Below the pieces are notes generated by a model. The model had not been told where the DNA came from. It was given only the letters and a program-made list of their open reading frames with translations, and ran no database searches. Below, piece after piece: positions 60,002 to 64,000 of a stretch of DNA of 64,000 nt (the stretch's first letter is position 1; each line of letters opens with the position of its first letter). The stretch is from a candidate division FCPU426 bacterium (lineage in GTDB: Bacteria > Oederibacteriota > Muellerivitia > Muellerivitales > Muellerivitaceae), in assembly GCA_963796105.1 (NCBI GenBank), contig CAWCKJ010000003.1:224001-288000 (forward strand), read 5' to 3'. The position numbers and the translations under genes were made by a program.

Positions 60002-62341
60002 ATGCGATACGGATTTTTTGACGTAGAAAATAAAGAGTATGTCATCGAGCGGCCCGACACTCCCGTCCCCTGGATGAACTACCTTCATAATGATGAATAT
60101 TGCGCCCTGATCTCCAATAATGCCGGAGGCTACAGCTTTCATCTTTCGGCCCGCGACAAAAGAATCCTGCGTTACAGGCTCAACAACATCCCCATGGACC
60201 GCCCGGGCCGTTACATCTACATCCGCGACGATATAAGCGGGGATTTCTGGTCCAACACCTGGCAGCCTGTCCTTAAGGACTTGGCCGAGTATAAAACCGA
60301 AACACGCCATGGGTTCGGCTATACGCGGGTCGCCACCTCCTATAAGGGCGTTTCTTCCGAGACCCTTTACGTGGTTCCTGTTTCCGATAACCTGGAAATT
60401 TGGAAAATCACGCTCACGAATAGAGGCTCAAACGTCCGGAATTTGACCTTGTTCTCCTACGCTGAACTCTGTCTTTTTTACGCCCAAAACGACATGATGA
60501 ATTTCCAATACACCTACAACATCGCCAAGGCATACGCGAAGGATGGAATGATCCACCACACCACCATGATCGAGAACGCTGGCCATTACGCCTTTTTCAC
60601 GGCCGATAAGAAATTCACCTCATTCGACTGCGACAGGGAAAAATTCATGGGGCTCTACCATTCCGAGGTTAATCCCCAGGCTGTCGTCGATGGAAAATGC
60701 CTCGGGTCCACCGCCGACGGCGGGAACCCCATCGCGGCCACGGCCATCCCGGTAAGTTTGAAGCCCGGGGAAACCAAATCCATCACCTATATTCTAGGCG
60801 TGGCCCCCTCCATCCAGGCGGGAGCCAAGCTCGCCGCCAATTACCGTAAAGCCGGAGCGGTGGATAAAGTCATGAGGGAACTGGAGGAACACTGGCAGGA
60901 GAAACTCGGCTCCCTTCAGGTCCAAACCCCGGACAAGGATATTAACCTCTGCCTTAACCAGTGGAACGCCTACCAGATCCACACCACCTTCAGCATGTCC
61001 CGCGGGCCCTCCATTTATGAGGGCGGAATCGGCCGGGGAATGGGTTTCCGTGACAGTAACCAGGATGCGCTCAGCGTCATCCACAGTGTTCCCAAGAAGG
61101 TCAAGAAGCTCATCACCGACCTGGCCAAGAACATGTTCAAGGATGGCACGGCTTACCACCAGTTCTTCCGCTTGACCGGGGAAGGGGATGGAAAGGGCTA
61201 TTCGGATGATCCGCTTTGGATCATTCTCTCCACGACGGCCTATGTCAAGGAAACGGGCGACATCCGTTTCCTGAGTGAAAAGGTGAAATGGGCGGACGGC
61301 GGCTCCGCCACCATGTATGAGCATCTCAGGGCACCGTTGGATTACACCTACAAAAACGTGGGAGCCCACAAGATCCCCTGCATGGGATTCGCTGATTGGA
61401 ATGACACCCTGCATATCAACGGGCCCAAACCAGGGGAAAGCGTTTGGGTCGCGGAGTTCCTTGTGAAATGCGCCAGGGATTTCGTTGAATTGGCCGACTA
61501 CCTCGGGAAAACTTCTGACGCAAAGAAGTACCGGAAAATGGCGGACGACATGGCCGTAAGGACCAATAAGGTTTGTTGGGACGGCGGGTGGTACGCCATG
61601 GCTTTCAACGGATGGGGAACCATGCTGGGTTCCAAGAAACAATCCGACGGAAAAGTTTACTTGAATACCCAAACCTGGGCTGTCATCTCAGGGGTAGCGG
61701 ACACTAAAAGGGGACCAGCCTGCATGGATGCCGTAAAAAAACACTTGGACTCAAAATATGGCGTCGCCTTGATGTATCCGGGTTACAAGCATTTCAGCCC
61801 GCGCTTGGGCGGGGTCAGCACCTTCCCTCCGGGGCTTAAGGAAAACGGGGGCATTTTCTCTCACGCCAATCCCTGGGCCGTGATCGCAGAGACCCTTTTG
61901 GGGCGTGCGGATATAGCCATGAAATACTATAAACAACTTTTACCCACGACGAAGGACAGGATTCAGGAAGTCCACAAGGCGGAACCCTATATTTACGCGC
62001 AGGCCATCGCCTCAGCGGAACACCGCGATTTCGGTTTCGCGCGTAACTCATGGTTGACCGGCGCGGCCAGTTGGAATTACGTGGCGGCGACCCAGTACCT
62101 TCTCGGAATCAGACCGCATTATTCCGGATTGATGATCGATCCCTGCGTTCCAAAGGATTGGGATCGTTACGAGGTCACCCGGCGGTTCCGCGGATCGACT
62201 TACCATATTGTCGTAAATAATCCAAAGAATTTGAGCAAGGGAGTCTTCTCACTTAAAGTGAACGGAAAAAAAATCTCGGGGAATATCATCCCGGCCACAG
62301 CCTCGAATAAAGTGGTTGAAGTCGAGGCCATCCTAGGGTAA
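60002..62341 (+). CDS. GH94 glycoside phosphorylase (cellobiose, cellodextrin or chitobiose phosphorylase type)
   Basis: 'MRYGFFD....EYVI.RPDTP.PW.NYL', 'GFRDSNQD', 'SDDPLW', 'DWNDTL', 'ENGGIFSH', 'SWLTG'. Confidence 0.95.
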   Translation: MRYGFFDVENKEYVIERPDTPVPWMNYLHNDEYCALISNNAGGYSFHLSARDKRILRYRLNNIPMDRPGRYIYIRDDISGDFWSNTWQPVLKDLAEYKTETRHGFGYTRVATSYKGVSSETLYVVPVSDNLEIWKITLTNRGSNVRNLTLFSYAELCLFYAQNDMMNFQYTYNIAKAYAKDGMIHHTTMIENAGHYAFFTADKKFTSFDCDREKFMGLYHSEVNPQAVVDGKCLGSTADGGNPIAATAIPVSLKPGETKSITYILGVAPSIQAGAKLAANYRKAGAVDKVMRELEEHWQEKLGSLQVQTPDKDINLCLNQWNAYQIHTTFSMSRGPSIYEGGIGRGMGFRDSNQDALSVIHSVPKKVKKLITDLAKNMFKDGTAYHQFFRLTGEGDGKGYSDDPLWIILSTTAYVKETGDIRFLSEKVKWADGGSATMYEHLRAPLDYTYKNVGAHKIPCMGFADWNDTLHINGPKPGESVWVAEFLVKCARDFVELADYLGKTSDAKKYRKMADDMAVRTNKVCWDGGWYAMAFNGWGTMLGSKKQSDGKVYLNTQTWAVISGVADTKRGPACMDAVKKHLDSKYGVALMYPGYKHFSPRLGGVSTFPPGLKENGGIFSHANPWAVIAETLLGRADIAMKYYKQLLPTTKDRIQEVHKAEPYIYAQAIASAEHRDFGFARNSWLTGAASWNYVAATQYLLGIRPHYSGLMIDPCVPKDWDRYEVTRRFRGSTYHIVVNNPKNLSKGVFSLKVNGKKISGNIIPATASNKVVEVEAILG

Positions 62342-62368
62342 CAAGCCGTTGAGTATAGGGTGGTTTTG

Positions 62369-62397
62369 TTGACAGCCCCTGGAAGCCATGCTATAAA
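62369..62397 (+). promoter_or_regulatory. sigma70 promoter for spoVS and tRNA-Val
   Basis: TTGACA, 17-bp spacer, TG-n-TATAAA. Confidence 0.7.
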
Positions 62398-62442
62398 AAG
62401 CTTGGTAAGTATTTATACGGTTGAACAAAGAAGGAGCCACGC

Positions 62443-62724
62443 TTGGTTGAGATAATGACTCTAAAGGTAGCCGCCAAAAGCAATCCCTCAACCGTGGCGG
62501 GAGCAATCGCTAATAACGTTCGTGACGGCAAAAGCGTTGAAATAGTGGCAATGGGCCCGGAAAGCATCAACAACACCGTCAAGGCCATCGCGATCGCACG
62601 GGGGTTTTTAAAGGGCGACGGCATGGACGCCAATTTCAAGCCTGAGTTCATCCACTTGACTATTGACGGGGAAAAGAAGAGCGCTATTAAGTTTCTTTTG
62701 TACATTGAGAAAAACACCAAGTAA
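62443..62724 (+). CDS. spoVS: SpoVS-family protein
   Basis: 'LKVAAKSNPSTVAGAIA', 'VKAIAIARGF', 'IDGE..SAIKF'. Confidence 0.92.
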   Translation: MVEIMTLKVAAKSNPSTVAGAIANNVRDGKSVEIVAMGPESINNTVKAIAIARGFLKGDGMDANFKPEFIHLTIDGEKKSAIKFLLYIEKNTK

Positions 62725-62789
62725 ACATTAAGTTCCATATAACCTCGGCCGACCTTTGGCTGGGGTTTATTTTTTTACCGACAAGAGGA

Positions 62790-62866
62790 GGGCGAATAGC
62801 TCAGCTGGTTAGAGCACCTGCTTTACACGCAGGGGGTCACAGGTTCAAGTCCTGTTTCGCCCACCA
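62790..62866 (+). tRNA. tRNA-Val(TAC)
   Basis: Anticodon arm CCTGC-TT-TAC-AC-GCAGG; encoded CCA. Confidence 0.95.
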
Positions 62867-63020
62867 TGTTTTCAACGGTTTTACGACTTCACATCCTGGC
62901 CGGCAAGGGTCCGTATCATATCCGTTTCAAACTTAGAGGCCTGTGCTTGTGCCGCCCATTTGCTGATCAGGAACTTCAAGGACTTTGGCCCCAAATAAAT
63001 AATCGAGTATACTGATACTC

Positions 63021-63302
63021 ATGATTATCGAATGGGATGCCGTTAAAGCTCGGAAAAACCAGGCTAAACACCATGTGTCTTTTGATGAAGCCACCACAGT
63101 GTTTGGAGATCCGCTGGCTTTGACCATTCCAGATCCCGTCCATAGCGACGAGGAAGAAAGGTTCGTAACGATAGGCGTTACGGCAAATTTAAAGATGGTG
63201 GTTGTTGTGCATGTTGACCATAATGAACAAATCCGGATCATCAGCGCAAGAAATGCCAATTGGCGTGAAAGGAGCGATTATGAAGAAGGTATCAAATCGT
63301 GA
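63021..63302 (+). CDS. BrnT-family toxin
   Basis: 'EWD..KA..N..KH.VSF.EA..VF.DP', 'EERF..IG', 'IRIISAR.A...ER..YE'. Confidence 0.92.
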   Translation: MIIEWDAVKARKNQAKHHVSFDEATTVFGDPLALTIPDPVHSDEEERFVTIGVTANLKMVVVVHVDHNEQIRIISARNANWRERSDYEEGIKS

Positions 63303-63477
63303 AAGGGTACTTCCGGAATACGATTTTTCCCGGGGTGTAAGGGGAAAATACGCCAAACGGTACCATCAGAAAGTCAATGTAGCCGTGTTGGAGCCGGATG
63401 TGGCCGAGCATTTCCCGAATTCGGAAGCCGTCAATCAAGCTCTGCGGTCCGTGGTGGCTGTGCGGGGTAAGAAGTGA
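63280..63477 (+). CDS. BrnA-like antitoxin
   Basis: 'EYDFS.GVRGKYA.RY', 'LEPDVA..FP.SEAVN.ALR'; overlaps the toxin 3' end. Confidence 0.8.
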   Translation: MKKVSNRERVLPEYDFSRGVRGKYAKRYHQKVNVAVLEPDVAEHFPNSEAVNQALRSVVAVRGKK

Positions 63478-63818
63478 TATGAATAAGCCTCACAAGACCG
63501 TCGAACATTGATTCAAAACCCATTGCAATTCTAAAATTCTTTGAGCCAGTCTTAGGTATTTTTTGATTTATTGTCATAATCGGGTTTGATGCGTATAAGA
63601 CAGCGTGCCAGGAACAAGGGAGCAGCAGGTACGGATAGAAACAACCATAATCCAATCCTGCTGGGGTAACCGCCTTTGACTTTCATTTGAAAATAAGAGT
63701 GCAAACTAAATTTCATTTGGACGAGAACTATCCGAAGGATTCCGAAGATTGGCTTGTTTTTTTAAGGGTTTTGGTTAAAATTGCCTTCCTCGCATCGAAA
63801 TTTTTTCAATTTTAAACT

Positions 63819-63894
63819 GGGGGCGTAGCTCAGCTGGGAGAGCACTTCCATGGCATGGAAGGGGTCGTGGGTTCGATCCCCATCGCCTCCACCA
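63819..63894 (+). tRNA. tRNA-Ala(GGC)
   Basis: G3:U70 pair; anticodon arm CTTCC-AT-GGC-AT-GGAAG; encoded CCA. Confidence 0.95.
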
Positions 63895-64000
63895 GTTTTT
63901 TAGTTTTCCCGAATCTTGTTTTTTCCTCTTCCTCTTCTTTTAATCGTTATTTCCATTAAAATAACAATCTCCTGAACCTTATCGTTCCTTGTTTGATTAA

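Noticed and set aside
60794..61672. 292-aa minus-strand ORF
   Set aside because: Antisense shadow of the GH94 gene caused by codon bias.

Overview
Chromosomal window (about 45-50% GC) from a probably diderm bacterium (it encodes Lnt and a predicted outer-membrane barrel) that appears to use polysaccharides. Most of it is housekeeping: gap-(nfeD-SPFH)-pgk-tpiA-secG, lnt, an argC/lysY-like gene, uvrB, uvrC, rph-rdgB, PMM/PGM, rlmH, a DinG-family helicase, ruvB, a Gld-like ABC operon, fsa, DUF2905-spoIID-queA, spoVS and eight tRNAs. It also has two LacI regulators, a modular secreted glycoside hydrolase, two paralogous Thr/Pro-linker lipoproteins, two GT-C-like TPR membrane proteins, a GH94 phosphorylase and a sigma54 two-component operon. 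A decayed accessory islet follows tRNA-Arg(TCT) (~37.9-41.8 kb) with intact and broken toxin-antitoxin genes and an orphan ParB-family gene. The best candidate for something new is inside that parB: five 17-bp palindromes (TGCCCAGC-N-GCTGGGCA) at an exact 42-bp period, read in frame as 14-aa repeats. They look like a centromere or operator array written into the gene's own coding sequence. The second candidate is two families of MITE/REP-like intergenic elements that carry nested hairpin modules, possibly mobile on their own. All protein calls come from motif recognition by eye; no searches were run.
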